Assembly: GCA_905178155.1 (NCBI GenBank)
Contig: CAJINV010000001.1
Coordinates: 2,718,089 to 2,782,088 of the forward strand
Source of the DNA: Amoebophrya sp. A120
Lineage: Eukaryota > Protista > Dinoflagellata
Direction of reading: 5' to 3'
Length of the DNA stretch: 64,000 bases
A program made the translations under genes and the position numbers. Positions 1-13,300 of this stretch are shown here, piece by piece. The notes under the pieces were generated by a model. That model made no database searches. It saw only the letters and a program-made list of their open reading frames with translations, and was not told the DNA's origin. Every line of letters starts with the position of its first letter. Positions within the stretch are counted from its first letter, which is position 1.

Positions 1-2587
1 GAGAACCTTGCCTGCAGAACCGCCGGTCGCCACCGGCGGGTACGGAACACGAGCCGAGGCAAGGCCGTGGATGGTGTGCAGCGACGTCCGAGATCACTTG
101 TGCCGCTCGGAGATGCCGCCGTCGCGGGGTTCAAGGCAGAGCACGAAAAGCGCCCGTTCGATGTTGTGGCGTTCGTGAACCGGGAATCTGGGGGGCAAAC
201 CGGAGTAGCGGTCTTGTATGAAGTAGAAGGCGTTATTGCCTGAGAGAGAAGGCCGCGACGCGGTTGTTACGAGCAGGCAGAGCGTGAGCAATAAGCTATT
301 TTGTTCTCAGCTATGTGCCTATCCTTACTACACTACGCGATGCATGTGTCATTCAAAGGGAACGTACTACAGAAGCAACAGCAAGCTGCATTCGACGCTC
401 GAAAGCAAATATTCATTCCTGTTACACTGCTTTATCGCTGTGCTGCCTTCTCTGCAGGAAGTATTTGGAATGAATTAAGCAGCTGATCAACCTACTGGGC
501 GGTGAGCATGTGGTGAACCTCGCCGACCCCGAGGAACCCGCCGCCACCCTCGCGACTTGGGACTACCGGCTAGCGAGCGGTGTTTTCCGGGCCAACCGAG
601 CGAGCGGCGCCTGGTCTAGTGCGGCGTCCAGTCCAGAGCGGGAGAAGAACTTGCTGCAAAATATTAAATCAACCGAGAAGCCTGTACTACACTTTGCCCA
701 AGAGAGTACTAGACCACTGAAAGCGAAAACGAGCAGCCAAGGGTCAATCTCCAAGTCGTCCCCTGCAGCCGTGAAATTCGCTAGCGACGAGGAGAAATTA
801 TACGAAGTGTTTGAAGACGCCGTCGAGCAGCAGTACTACCATTCCGATGATCAAGGTACAGCTACTACCTTTCCGCAAAAACTCTTCCACGACGTCGATC
901 ACGATACTTCATCTCGCGGCATCCGGTTTCTGGTTTGCGGTGGCGATGGGACGGTGAGCTGGATTTTGAGTGAGATCGCGGCTTTCCCCGCACTTTCCGC
1001 GTACCACAATGGCGTTGCGATCTGCCCGCTCGGGACCGGAAACGACCTGGCGAGGAGTCTAGGGTGGGGGAAGGGCTTGCAGCGCTTGGAGGACCTGAAG
1101 CTCTTCCTGGAGTGGACCATGCACGCGGATGCAGTGGAACTTGACCGGTGGTGTTTAGAAGTAGAGCCGGAAGACGAGTTGCCAACCGACCACTGCTTCC
1201 ACCAATTTGAGAACTGTCTGCCGAAACGGGAAGAGGTGAACGATTTTGAACTTGAGAAGGCGTCCTCACCGCTACGCTTCTCTAGTCCGCAGCGGGAAGG
1301 GGAGGAGAATGCTGACAAGGACGAGGATCCATGCAGCACGGCAACGCCGTCCGATACGAGTCGCACGCCCGCGTCCTCGGTCCGAGAGAGGCACGGCAGG
1401 GGCAGTGGGAGTAGTAATAAAGTGGAGCCTGTTCATCTTACTAGCGTGCTTCGTCAAGTAGATCCTGTGTCAGGAACAACCGCTTCCTGGACTAAAAGCC
1501 CTAATCTCGCCTACGCGGTGCCGTTGCCGAAATACCGCGGGTATTTTCACTGCTACTTCTCCATCGGCCTGGATGCGGAAATAGCCTACCACGTGGAACG
1601 GAGCCGCAAACTTTCGGCGGTCGGCCGCCGCTTCTTCCGGGCAGGGCTGGGAAAGTGCTGCTACGGGTGGCATATCAAATCCAAATATGTCTGGGTCTGG
1701 AAGGTTCCGAACTTGTGATGCGTGTTTCGGATCCTACAAAGATCTGTGATGCATAACGTGCAAAAGGTGCCCACTTCTGGCCATGCTGAGAGGGCATTTC
1801 TCATGCAGAATACGCATCACCAAGGACCTGCAGAACCTGTGACGCTAGGCCCTGCATTCCAGACGGGGGGGAGGTTGGAAAAACTGCATGACAAATCTCA
1901 GAATCTCCCAAACCCAGACATTTTTGCATTTGATATGGCAGGGGTTTGCGAAGGTTGGCTGTTTTGCGCGCCAGTTTTGCTGCAACTCGACGCTGCTGTC
2001 CCGGGACGTGCGGATCTTGGAGCCGCCGGTACACAACTCAAGCCACACTTTTGCGTAGTGCGTCATTTGATCAGATCAAATACAAATTGATCTTTCCTTT
2101 TTGTGTAAGTACTGTGAATGTGGTTCTAGAAATCCAGTGCGAACAAACAATGTCACCGGCGTCCTCAACTTCTTTTCAGGTCGAGCAACTGGAAGCTCGG
2201 AAGATTCAAGCGTGCCTCTTGAAAGGTCGTTGCCGCCAGCTCTCCCTGCTGAACATCAACAGCTACGGAAGCGGTGCGCAGGGCGCGCGGGCCGAGACGC
2301 AGAGCGCGCGGGACCAGCATCTGGAGCTCTGCGCCGTGCGGAATCCGGGGTTCGATACGGCGTTGTTTTGCGGGTTGGCGAAGATGCAGGAACTGGAAAA
2401 GGTGCAGCGCTTGACGCTGCACGTGCAGAAACCCGTCTTCATGCAGTACGACGGGGAGGCTTGGTTTCTTCCCTGTCCTTCGGTAATCAGCATATTTCCG
2501 GCGAAGGACGCGGTCCGGCTTCTGCGCGCGCCGCCGGACGCGCCATTTTGGAACAATCGGCAAACGCACGGGTTTTGGGATCAATAG
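1..2587 (+). CDS. Diacylglycerol kinase (5'-partial); exons ~<1-222, 483-1672, 1941-2028, 2180-2587
   Basis: DAGK catalytic motifs VAFVNRESGG (frame from base 1), VCGGDGTVSW and PLGTGNDLARSLGWG; accessory-domain motifs YFSIGLDA, LNINSYGSG and MQYDGEAW. Joined through GT-AG introns 223-482 and 2029-2179 and the TIR element at 1673-1935. Confidence 0.9.
1673..1935. mobile_element. TAT...ATA introner-like element, family A (263 bp), TSD TGGCA
   Basis: 5' TATCAAATCCAAATATGTCTGGGTCTGG and 3' CCAAACCCAGACATTTTTGCATTTGATA; TGGCA at 1668-1672 and 1936-1940; removal gives ...CCYGWQGFAKVG... Confidence 0.93.
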
Positions 2588-3151
2588 GGACTACTTCGAA
2601 ATGTAAGTAAGTAAGCAGTCGTGGTACAACGGAGAAACCACGACAGCAGCGCAGGAAAGTAGTGGAGCGAACTTTTGTCCTCAATCGTGTGAGTTTGAAG
2701 CTTGGAAGTCACATAATCGAGGAGGCTGTAACTGTCTTCTCTGCGTTTGCGCCACACTTTATCGGCTTCGATTGTGCGAGCCCTTTGGTTCTTCACAAGC
2801 GGAAACTACCGATCGAGATTTAATACTTGTTGGGCAACTCAGGATCTCTTGCACTATTGTGAGTAACCCTGTTGGTCTTCAAGAGATATCGATGGTCCGA
2901 AGATTTATGCGCCACGTTTTTTTTTCGAGCTTTGCCAAGGAAGTACGTTGTCGCATTTGTACATCCACGATTTTTACTGACTCCGACGTAGGTCTCCACT
3001 ACGGAATTGACTTCAAGAACCCAATGGCGAGGGAGAATGAGCTAGGGATTATTTCCTTCTGTCTGTTGGAACCGCTACCGCTACTAGCGAAGCACTTAAG
3101 TCGTTGTACAGAGTCGATCTTTTTCCTGTGTTTTTTTTCAAAATTTAAAGT

Positions 3152-6100
3152 ATGAGAGCCTTCGTCTCCTCCGTGTCCATTCTTCTGGCCTTCTGGCCGT
3201 TGTCAGTCCACTTTTGGCCACTTGCTCAGGCTGCGGAGACCCGCACCCGTGTTTTTAGCGATCCGGTCGGGCTGCTGCTCAGCCGCTTCTATTTCAGCGA
3301 CAACGAAGGCAGGTTGGAACCGAGTGGCGCTGCAACAACCGAGGACGGAGAATCGTCTGGTGCAGGGGCCGGAGAGAACAAAAGGGATCGGTCGTTGAAG
3401 GAGCAGCTTTCGGACCTAACAGAAACTGCAACCGATCTGCTCGGCGATCTACGCGAGAAAAGTTGCAATCGGTTGAGGGGGGCATGGCGGGTCGTTTTGT
3501 GTGTGAAGATTCATGGAGCAGTAGCTGATCAAAAATATGCATCCAGGTGTATTGATAAAATGATTTTTGAAGCTCCATGCACTGCTTTCTAACAAATCAT
3601 GAAATTGTTTGAAATGATTGTTCCACATTCGAAGCACACCCGGCATTTTTCGCCTTCAATACTAGCGATTCCAACGACTGGGTGCGGCGAGTTTCTGCGA
3701 CGGCACGACAGGACGGGCTCTGGTGCTTGGTCCCCGGCTTGCAAAAATCCGGCACCGAGACGAGCCAAGTGGAGCAGTGTCTACAGGACGTTTTGCGCCG
3801 CATCAGCTACCGACCCTTCAACGTCACCGCGCCGGAAACCGCCTCGCTGCAGCCGTTTTCTCAGTTTCTGGCCGAGTTTGCGCGGGTGCTGCACCTTTCG
3901 GGGGCTTGGTTAGAGTTCCAGCTGCGCAAGCACAAAGCGGCGTACGCCAGGTTCTATAACAGTCAAGAAGATGGAGATGATTCCTCTACTAGTTCATCCG
4001 CGTCTTCCTGGAAAAGGTTTTTGGCGCGGAACGGGCTCAAGTTGAAGGCCGACCAAACCCAGTTCGAGGGGCAACCAAAAAGCTTCTCCGACCAAGCTGC
4101 CTCGGAGGCCCTGCACAAAGCGGAGGCGAACTTTTATCGCCTTGTGGGCGAGATCTGGGAGTATTTCGGCCCCGAGATTGACGACGTGTCTTGTGAAGAA
4201 GACAAAAATGTGTACCACTGGATTCGCGAGTCCTACGGCTTCTTTTTGCCGAGCGTCAGCCAGTATGACTGTCGGGTGAAGCGGCGAGAGGATGATGTTC
4301 TTGCCGGTGATCCTCCTTTGCTTGCCGAGAAAACCCTGGCCTCCCTGCAAAACCTGTCAAAGGACCGGGGAAACCGCGAAGGGCCGCGGACGCGCAGTAT
4401 CACCGCGCCCGACTGCGGGCTGCACCGAGATCGCTACGTGACGTTTTCTGACAGCATGAAGTTTCTCACGGAAAACGCGGGACTCGCAGCGCCAGCAAAA
4501 GTGCTGACGCGAAAGAACGTGTGGGAGGTTGTGGACGACAGAACTGGTTCATCAAGTGTGGTTACCACGAAGGAGAGCTCGCCGCGGGGAGATGAACGAG
4601 ATGCCATTATCCGACATATCGAAGCGAAGCAGCCAACACAACTAACCGAGCAAGCTGCATCAACACCAGCGTCGTCCGCAGCCAAGCTACTTCTGCAGCA
4701 CCTCATCCCTGAGCGGCTCCGCGATATCCACCGTTTGTCCTACGTCACCTGGGACGGCATGTTGGTCGGCGAGCTCGGAATTTTCCGTATTTGGCAGGAG
4801 GATTATGTTTTCCCTCGGGGCCGATGGTTCGTGAACGAGCTGAGCAGCCGATTCGCGCGCCGCCACAGCTGCCACGGCGGCACGGTGGTGATGCTGGTGG
4901 TGGCCTACCACACCTTTCTGCTAGACTTGCAGTTCGCGCACGCGGCCAATATTTTGCTGGAATTGGCGGAGTATCTCCTTTTGCGCCCGGAATCGGTAGA
5001 CGAATTCGATTGGGGGCTGACGAAGGAAGACGTTTTTGCGACCTTGCAAGCACTGGCAAACTTCCTCGGCGACTTGTGTCTGCACGAAGTGGAGAGCACT
5101 TTTTTTGGAAGTGAGTACGACGTTTTGTCCACCGGCGAGCAGCGAAAAAGCGAAGGATTTGATGCTTCGGAAGCGAGTTTCACAGCGACCGTTTTGGCAA
5201 AATTTCAGAACACGACAGCACCAGCAGATAATGTGTCGAGCGGGAAAGATAAAGAAGAAAGCCGTCCCTCGTTCTTTCCCTCCCCACCAGACCAAGGTGA
5301 GAAAAAGCGAGAAAACGAGCGTTTGGCCTGGAAGGCGCGGATACAGGCGGAGATTGCGCAGGATCCCAAAGCGATAGAAGTGTACTGCCGCGATTTTTTT
5401 TACAACAATCGGTTTCGCACAAATCACCCCAAGCACTTTGCCAGAACCGCAAGCCCCGCGATCGCGGGCTTTTTGACGGAGTTCCTGCACTTGGAGGAGG
5501 AAGATGAAAACCACCTTGCGGTTAGAACAAAGGCACAAGCAGCTACCTCTTCCTCGAAGCACAAAACTTCCAGCCTTGTCGACACCCTTCCGCCTGGCAG
5601 TTTCGATCCCTACTACGCCCACCCGGTGGCCGTGGCGATGGACATGTTTTTCAACCGGACAAGTTCGGACAGGCGCAAGCTGTACCACGAAGTTGGGGTG
5701 AATGTCTACGCCACCGATGTGCCGTTTGTGTTACACAAGCGGATTTCGGCTCCACGAATGAAGACCATCCACAGCAGTGAGAAGAAGGTGGATCCGAGCC
5801 TGCTGCAGTTTTTGATAGAAAAAAAGCTCGCGAAGTTTCATGGCTTGGTTGACGGTGTTAATGCTGACAACGCCAACGGCGACTCGGTAGGAAAACATGC
5901 AGCTTCTGGCGATTCCCATTCCACAATGACCACTGCTTTTACGTCGCCACAAGAAATAAACACGGACAGCCGAGCGACCCGCTCATCCCCCGACCATCGC
6001 CCGCGTTCCGAGGAAAGCAGCAGTACCTCTTTGAGCGCCGAGGAAGAAGAAGAGCGCGAGTTTTTTTCTGACGATCCTGACGAGGAGGATCTGCGAGACG

Positions 6101-9100
6101 GAACTACTCCCGAACAGCCTCCGCAACGCCCTGGACAGAACAGCCAGGATAGAAATGCAAATACGGGTGATTCAGATTCAGTCGCTTTACCGGGAAGGAG
6201 TAAAGAAACAAGCTCAAAAATCGCAGCTGCGCCACCCTCCCAACGGCACTTCGAGTTGTTCCAGCGCGCTCTCCCGACCTGGCAAACCGCGAAGCCGTAC
6301 TTTGAGAACCGGGTGTACGTGAAAAAACCGTGCTATGGAAGTGTCAGGTTTGAAATCGACAAAGTTGAAATAATTTCTCATGCATAAATTGCAAGGCATG
6401 AAGTGCCTCTCTTGCAGGGATGGCAAGTGAGGCCGATCGTCAGCCTGTTTGGGGTCTGCGGGAGAGCTGCTAAAGTAGCATGGCAAAAGCCTTCTTCTGT
6501 TCCTAAACAGCATGACAGCCTGGATTTAGACGGTGCCAAAATTTGTCATGCACCGCTCGGAAATTGGACTTCCAACTGGTATCGATTTTCTGCATTTCAA
6601 CTTTGACGATTTCAAGCCTGACACTTGCATACGTGCGTGCAACCGGTGATCGAGAACGCGTGTCTTCATTTTGACCACGTGTACACCGATTCTCTTCCGG
6701 AAAACACGCTTCTGCCCTCCTGCGCGGAACTGCGCCAGCGCGCCTATGTGCGCACGAAACGGTTTCCGAGAAGTAAGAACGCGGAAAAATCTAAATCATC
6801 GTCGAGAAGTGGTGATGGGAATAAAGTTTTTTCGTTTGAAGATTTCCCGCCTTACAAAACCTCCAGCGGCACCAGCAGAGAAACGATCGGGATTGTCACC
6901 AACATGAACCTGCCGGCCAACGTTGGGCACGACATGACATGGTATGTGCCCCTGGCAGAGACGGTGAAGAAAGTGCAAAAACAGGCGAAAGAGTCTGAGA
7001 AGCCGGTAGACATTGAGATCCAGCTCTTCTACCATTACCACTACGGGAATTCGCTGAGCAAGATTTGGCAGCGCACGGTACAGACCGTCGGGAATTACAG
7101 CGAAGCAGTGGACGACGCTGGGGAGGAGGTTGCACTTGGCATAGAAGAACAGGCCGCGCAGACCTTGGAAAAGCTGGAAGAAGTCGCTGGGGCGGAAATA
7201 AAAGCGTCGAGCAGTCCTCCGGAGCTGCTGTCAGAAACTGTGAAGCACCAGATCATTCCGAAATTCGCAAATTTCGTCGAGACCGAAGTGCTACCAAGAA
7301 TCGCTTCCGGGGAGAGAAACGCGTTTTACTATGAGGATTTGTTCAAAAACTTTCTCCAAGACGTGCCCGTGCACCACAGCCTCCACTCCGTCTCCGAAAT
7401 GCGGTGCTACCACAAACTGGTTTGGGGCCGCGGACCCCTGTACAACATGCGACACGCGGTGCAGGCGGGAGTGGTGGCGGTTGGAGGAGAGGGCGATATT
7501 AGAATCAGCGGAAAGATGTTGAACAGCGGAGACGAAATAAAGCCATTCATCTTCGCAGCAACTGATCTTCCGCACGACCAGGAGCATTTATCTGCAGAGG
7601 TAGCGACGGCACAATCTACTTCCGCGCTTGCAACAAGCAGCTTCAATAGCCCGTATTTCCTTGACAACCGCAGCACCACTGTTGCGCGGTTTTACCCCGG
7701 ATTCGAACAAACAACTTCAGCGGCTGCTCCAGGCGGAGCAGACACTAGAGAAATAAAGAAGCACAACGACGAGAATAAAGACCAATCGCCCTTCTTCCCT
7801 TCCAACCTGATCTCCTTTTCCCGCGAGAACGGAGACTATTTCGTTGCCGAGTACCGTGACTACCTGCAAAACTGGGAGTGGAACCCGACCGACCGCAGAG
7901 TCGCGGCCGTGCGCGAGAAACAACCGCTCCTGTGGCAGGCCTCGGTTTGCCCTGTGGACGAGGAAAAGAACCTGGAGACCAATCCGATTGCGCTGGAGGA
8001 CGCGAATATCGGCGAGTACGACCAGGAAGTCCTCCACTCATTCGGGTTTCTCGGGCTCCCACCCAGACCGCTCGTGGATCCGGATATGAGTGTCCAAAGG
8101 GAGTTGGTCGACTCCGAGGCGAATCCGCGCGGCATGCTGCAGGACGACGAACAAAACATGCAGTTGGGCGTGCCGAAGTGCATCCCGGTCCAGACGGACA
8201 ATACGACTTCGTGGAGCTCCCTGGTGGGCGATTTGGACCGAAAAGTGGATGAACTCGCGGTGGCGAGACGGGTGACGGAGAAAGCGACGTACTACGTGCG
8301 CAGCATGCAGTATCCCACGAAAAAAGTGTTACAGTTACACATTTGTTGGAGTTTCTGCGTCACAAATTTTCTCTGTGTGGCAGAGAAAACTTGTAATGCG
8401 AAGATCATCAGGGAAATCAGGAAGGAAACCAGGCTCCCAAGCATCTCCTGCATGAGAAAGGTTGTCTGTGTTGCCGGTCTTGCAGCACACTGTGTAACTG
8501 TAGCACTTTTTTCTTGCGATATGCAGACCTCGCAGTCGAAGAAAACGACGCACATGATGTACGTGCACCCATTGCACCAGGAGCCCGTGTATCCTGTGTA
8601 AAAAGGTCCCCACGTCGACCCCAGAGTTGTCATGCAGATTTGCAATGACAGGCTCGCTTGTAATGCGCTCTCCCATGACAGGCATTGCCAATCGTGTTTT
8701 GCCATTTGTAATGCTGCAAACAGGATCAGCAGACGGATTTGTGATGCGGATGTCCTTGCTGACATGCACTAATACACTGCGAACTGCAACTTGTCATGCG
8801 TGGCTCCCAAAACTTGCGGATTTGTGTTGTTAAGTGTCCAACTTCACTATGGGGTGGGCACGTTTTTACATATGATACCGTGCTGCGGGCCCTCGGCCGG
8901 CAAACCCGGCCGAAGGCGCTGCTGTTCGACCGGCCCGGGGGCTATCCGCGGAGAATTTTGAACTTGGAGGAGCTCGCGCGGTTTTTACTCGCGAAGTTTT
9001 CCACCGTGTTCGACTGGCACATCGTCGCGGGCCTGGAGCAGTTCAGCGGCGCGGACCAGATGCGGCTGTTCGCGCAGTCCTCGTTGGTTGTCGGCGCAGT

Positions 9101-9758
9101 GGGCACCAGCATGCACTTTCTGCTCGCGATGGAGGACGCGAGGAAGAGAAATTCCCAGGGGACCACGAAAAAGCATGAGAAAGACGAAGCTGTTGAAGGC
9201 AGTTCAGGTCATCGTCTTCTTTCATCGGACAGCAGCAGCATATTAAACAGGAACAAATCTAGTTCTTCTACTTCCACCTCGGTCGACCAAACGTACGACC
9301 GGTTTTTCGAACGCAATGCGCACCTGCACGAAAAGATCCGACCGACCGTCATTGAGTATGCCCCTTTGAAGTACAAGCCGCACGATTTAGAGCATTACGA
9401 GTGCACGGACAATTTTTTCCTTGACAAGTACGGGTGGGTAGGCGGCCAAGCGAGGCAGCAGCAAATCCGGCACATCTGCTTGCGTGCGCGAGCGCTGTTC
9501 GAGCACGACACGTTCGCGCGCCAGGACGCCTTTGGGTTTACGGTGGCCGCCGCGCGGTCGCAGTGGCGCGCGGCGCACTTGAAAGTTCTGAATTTCACAC
9601 AGTTGGAGGAAATCATTGAAAATGTGGTTTTAGCAGATGTGGACGCGTCTGTGAAGAGGGAACTCAAGATCGGACAAGGATTGCTCGGCGATAGCGAAGA
9701 ATTTGCTGCGGCCACCAGCAGCCTCAGTTCTTACTCATCAATCGGAGAAGTCGTGTGA
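3152..9758 (+). CDS. Large secreted protein with C-terminal glycosyltransferase family 61-like domain; exons ~3152-3471, 3666-6333, 6637-8310, 8527-8589, 8883-9758
   Basis: N-terminal signal peptide (MRAFVSSVSILLAFW...AQA). C-terminal RRILNLEEL...LEQFSGADQMRLFAQSSLVVGAVGTSMHF resembles the GT61 core. The frame is continuous after removing one GT-AG intron (3472-3665) and three TIR elements. Confidence 0.7.
6334..6631. mobile_element. TAT...ATA introner-like element, family D (298 bp), TSD CGTGC
   Basis: 5' TATGGAAGTGTCAGGTTTGAAATCGACAAAGTTGAAAT and 3' ATTTCAACTTTGACGATTTCAAGCCTGACACTTGCATA; CGTGC at 6329-6333 and 6632-6636; removal gives KKPC|VQPVIEN. Confidence 0.93.
8311..8521. mobile_element. 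TAT...ATA introner-like element, family C (211 bp), TSD TGCAG
   Basis: 5' TATCCCACGAAAAAAGTGTTACAGTTACACA and 3' TGTGTAACTGTAGCACTTTTTTCTTGCGATA; TGCAG at 8306-8310 and 8522-8526. Confidence 0.92.
8590..8877. mobile_element. TAT...ATA introner-like element, family B (288 bp), TSD CCGTG
   Basis: 5' TATCCTGTGTAAAAAGGTCCCCAC and 3' GTGGGCACGTTTTTACATATGATA; CCGTG at 8585-8589 and 8878-8882; removal gives HQEPV|LRALGR. Confidence 0.92.
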
Positions 9759-10368
9759 CAGGAACAGGACTGGGACTGCTCAGATTGTAAAAAACTGCCG
9801 CAGCATGCAGCTTCCTGATTCCTTGTCTTTCTTGCGTTTGTTGTTCCAGCGCCTACATTGAGAAATCGAAATGTGCTTTTTGATGAAATCATCTGTCGCA
9901 GAGTGTCGTCCTGATGAGGTTTTTGAAGTGTAAGTGCCCGCCGAGTTCTTTTTTTGGTATCGGTTTCGGTGCTGTGATTTCGTTGTGTGAATTCATCATG
10001 GAAATTAAGTATTGGTGATCCATGGAGACGAAAGCGAAAAGATCGAAATATGGTGATCGGTTCTTTGAAGAAAGAAAAAATTGAGTTCAGGGAGTTTTCT
10101 AAGGATTGGTTGAGATGATTGTCCCTTGACTCATGTCTGCGTTGTCAAATCCATTTGAAATTGAAAATCATTTTCCACAGTGAACGAAGAAGTGAAGTCT
10201 CGAAACGTGGAGACGAAGACAACAGGTACATGCAGTGAATAGAGTATACTTAGTTGTGTCACGACACAACATCACACTGCGTATTCTTCCGCCATTTGTG
10301 ACTAGGTAGACGTTGATGTAGTTGACTATTCTTTCACGTAGAGCTGCTGCTTGACTGAGACGCAGATT

Positions 10369-13300
10369 ATGGGACGATGGGGCGGACGCAAAGGCCGTGG
10401 CGGAGGAGGTGCGAAGAAAAATAATTTCAAGAATCACTCCCGCGGTCAACACGGGAACCAGAACCAGAAGGGCTCGGGCAAAAATAACAGCGCGGGGAGC
10501 AAGCGAACAAACCATCACCAACACCATGCGAGCAGTAATCAACATGGGTACAACAACTACGGGAAAAATAATAACTACAGGAAGTGGTACACGAACTCTC
10601 CTGGAGACGCCCAGTACGAAGTGCGGAGATTCGCGCTCGGGCTGCACGGTGACGAAAACCAGGAGGCGCCGGACCTCACCCCTCTTCAATGGAATTCGCC
10701 GGCTGAGTACGCGGAGGCGTTTGGTGGGGCCTTGTGCTGGGAGATTTCGGCTCTGGGAAGGAAAGTGTTCAGCGAACCGGGTGCGTCCTCTCCATCCGTG
10801 GACGTGAAATTGGTTAAGGATCCGCACAATGTGACCTCTCACTACAGAGGTAGCATCCAGGACGACTCCAGTGTGTTGCGCCTCTCCGTGCAGCTCGAAC
10901 TCAGTACAGACGCGTACTGGAAGCTCTGGGAGCAGGTCGGACGGGGACGTGGGGTTGCGCCTCAGATAGGGCACGTACTGGACAGTGACTGCTTCTGCCG
11001 ACTAGTCGTGCGCTGTGGGGTGGGAGAGGTACAGCTTTCCGGCTTCATCACGAAGTCGAACTGCGCGCGCCCGACTGATGGAACAGATGTGTCCGGTGCT
11101 GGAAAAGGCAAAGGCAAGGGAGCTGCAGGTCGTGGTGCTGGCCCTTCCTCGTCGTCGTCTATCGGGCCCCCGGTGGTCGGTGCCTCCAGCAGCAAAGCAA
11201 AAAGCATCGACTTGGAATTACTCGCGCGCGTTTTTCCGGAGGGCAAGGCAGTGCTGCAGCGAGAAGCTGCGGCCAGAAAAAACAAAGCGAACAACAAAAC
11301 CTCCGCCGCCGAGGCAAGCAAACCTGCTGGGTTGTTCACGAAACGCGACGCAAATAATCCAAATAATGGGCAGTTCGTGCCGATCTGGTCTGCGGACGGC
11401 GCAGCGGGCGCTTGGGGCGAGGGGGACGTGGAAATGGCGACTGAGCAGGAACAAGAAGGCGATACCACCGAGGAAGAAGAGGATGACGAAACCCCGCCGG
11501 AGGAAGCTGAAGAGGGCGAGGCCGAGCCCCAATATCACTACCTGCCAGGCCCTGCGGAGCTTTCTGCGATTTTCCGTGCAGGTTCGCCGCAACTGCAGCT
11601 TTTGCCGAATAGCAGCGCAAAAAGCCACGTACGAGCGCGGTTAGCCTGTGATAAAGTTCAGAAGGCCACCGCCACAACTGGTTACCAAGTCGCGCAAGAT
11701 CTGGCAATCACGCCTCTAGAAGACTCAACATCGGCGACTGGTGCCAACGCGAACTTTGATGATGAAGCTGCTGCTGCGCACGACGCGCAACTGAGACAAG
11801 ACGTTGACGCGAAACAGATGGCAGCATGGGATGCCTCTGAGAAAGTGAAAGAGCTAGCAGCCATCAAACAAGAAGCGGAGAAGCAACTCGCGGAAATGCA
11901 GAATAAAACTCCGAACGAACAAGAGTTTCTCGCGGAGAATCCTGCGCCGGTATGGGCTACATTTCTTCAAATCCCTGAAGAAAGGATCATCCGTGAACAA
12001 ATTGGAAATGTAAAGTGTGACTCTGGAAAGCACAGCACGCAGACCCGTGCCTGGGTGGTTCAGAACGATCGGACCTACATAGCGTGGTGCCGCGGCCGGC
12101 CTGATCAGAAAGATTGGATGAAGAAACTGCTGGCCTACGACGACCTGGCATCTGGCCGCAAACACTTGACCGCAGTGGTTCTGCTCGAGAAGCGGCAGGA
12201 GGCATTCAGCGAAGCGCAGAAGATATGGAAGGCAGAGCGTGCAGAAATGGCAGAAGCGCTGCGGGCCGAGGCGAAAACAGCTGTTCAAACTGCAGATGAG
12301 AATTTGAAAACCCAAAAGTGCGCCGAGGCTGAGGCCAAGCGCGCGTTGGATGCGGCCCAGGAGGCGCTGGAGGCGAGTGTGATTTCCCAAGATTTGAAGC
12401 GGAAGCGAGAAGACCTGCTAGCGCAGGCTGGTTTAAACGATTCGCAACTCGATGCGATTAGAACGGCGCTGCGGGGACCAGGTGTAACGACTGTGCAAGG
12501 TCCCCCGGGGACGGGGAAAACGCGGACAATCGCGACGCTGGCACAAGTATGCACCGTACGAATATGCTTTGGTCTGGAGAAACGGAGGCTTGAAACTTAG
12601 ATCGTTGCTTTTTTTTTTGCCGCATGCTCGGTGTTTCTTCTTCTTCAGGAATCTGTGATGCATGATTTTTGATCACTGAAAGCAAAGCGCGACCCTGGTG
12701 TCGTGTGCAATTCAGACTTCGCTCGAGCGCTGTGCTGTAGATTGCGTTCCACCACCAGTACTTCATTTGTGGCTGAGTCTACCAGCAGTGCTGGCACAAA
12801 TGAATTCAACGATACGACAAGCCTGCGTCTCTACAACTCCAAACCAGACGTTTTTGCATTGGATATCAAGTCCTGCTGGAAGCGGAACCAACCGCTGAGC
12901 CGACGCCACCATCCTCTTCACCGACCCAGGCCTCCGGACCTGGGCTGGTTTCGCCACGCCAAAAGCTCGATGCGGACGCTGACCGGCCCCCGGGAATCGG
13001 CCGCCTGGCGTCACAGAAAAGTTTCGCGCCGAGACGCGTAGTTTTTACTGCTTCCTCCAATAAAGCGGTTTTCAATATGCTGGAAAAAATCGCGGAAGAG
13101 CAGTCCCGCCTCCCGGACGATCTTCGCTGCCCCGGGACTATCGTGCTTGTGGGAGTGGAGGATAAGGTGCCGGATCACTTGCGTCCCTACTTCGTGCACA
13201 CCCGGTTCGGCGACGTTTTCGAGAACACCGCTGGTGTGGAGGTGGAGGCGGTGCAGCGCCTCGTGCGGGACGCGCCGGACTTCTGCAGCAAGTGGGGTCT

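Noticed and set aside
2541-2552. GCCATTTTGG resembling part of the dinoflagellate spliced leader
   Set aside because: It is only a 10-nt match inside a coding exon, and the flanks do not match the leader.
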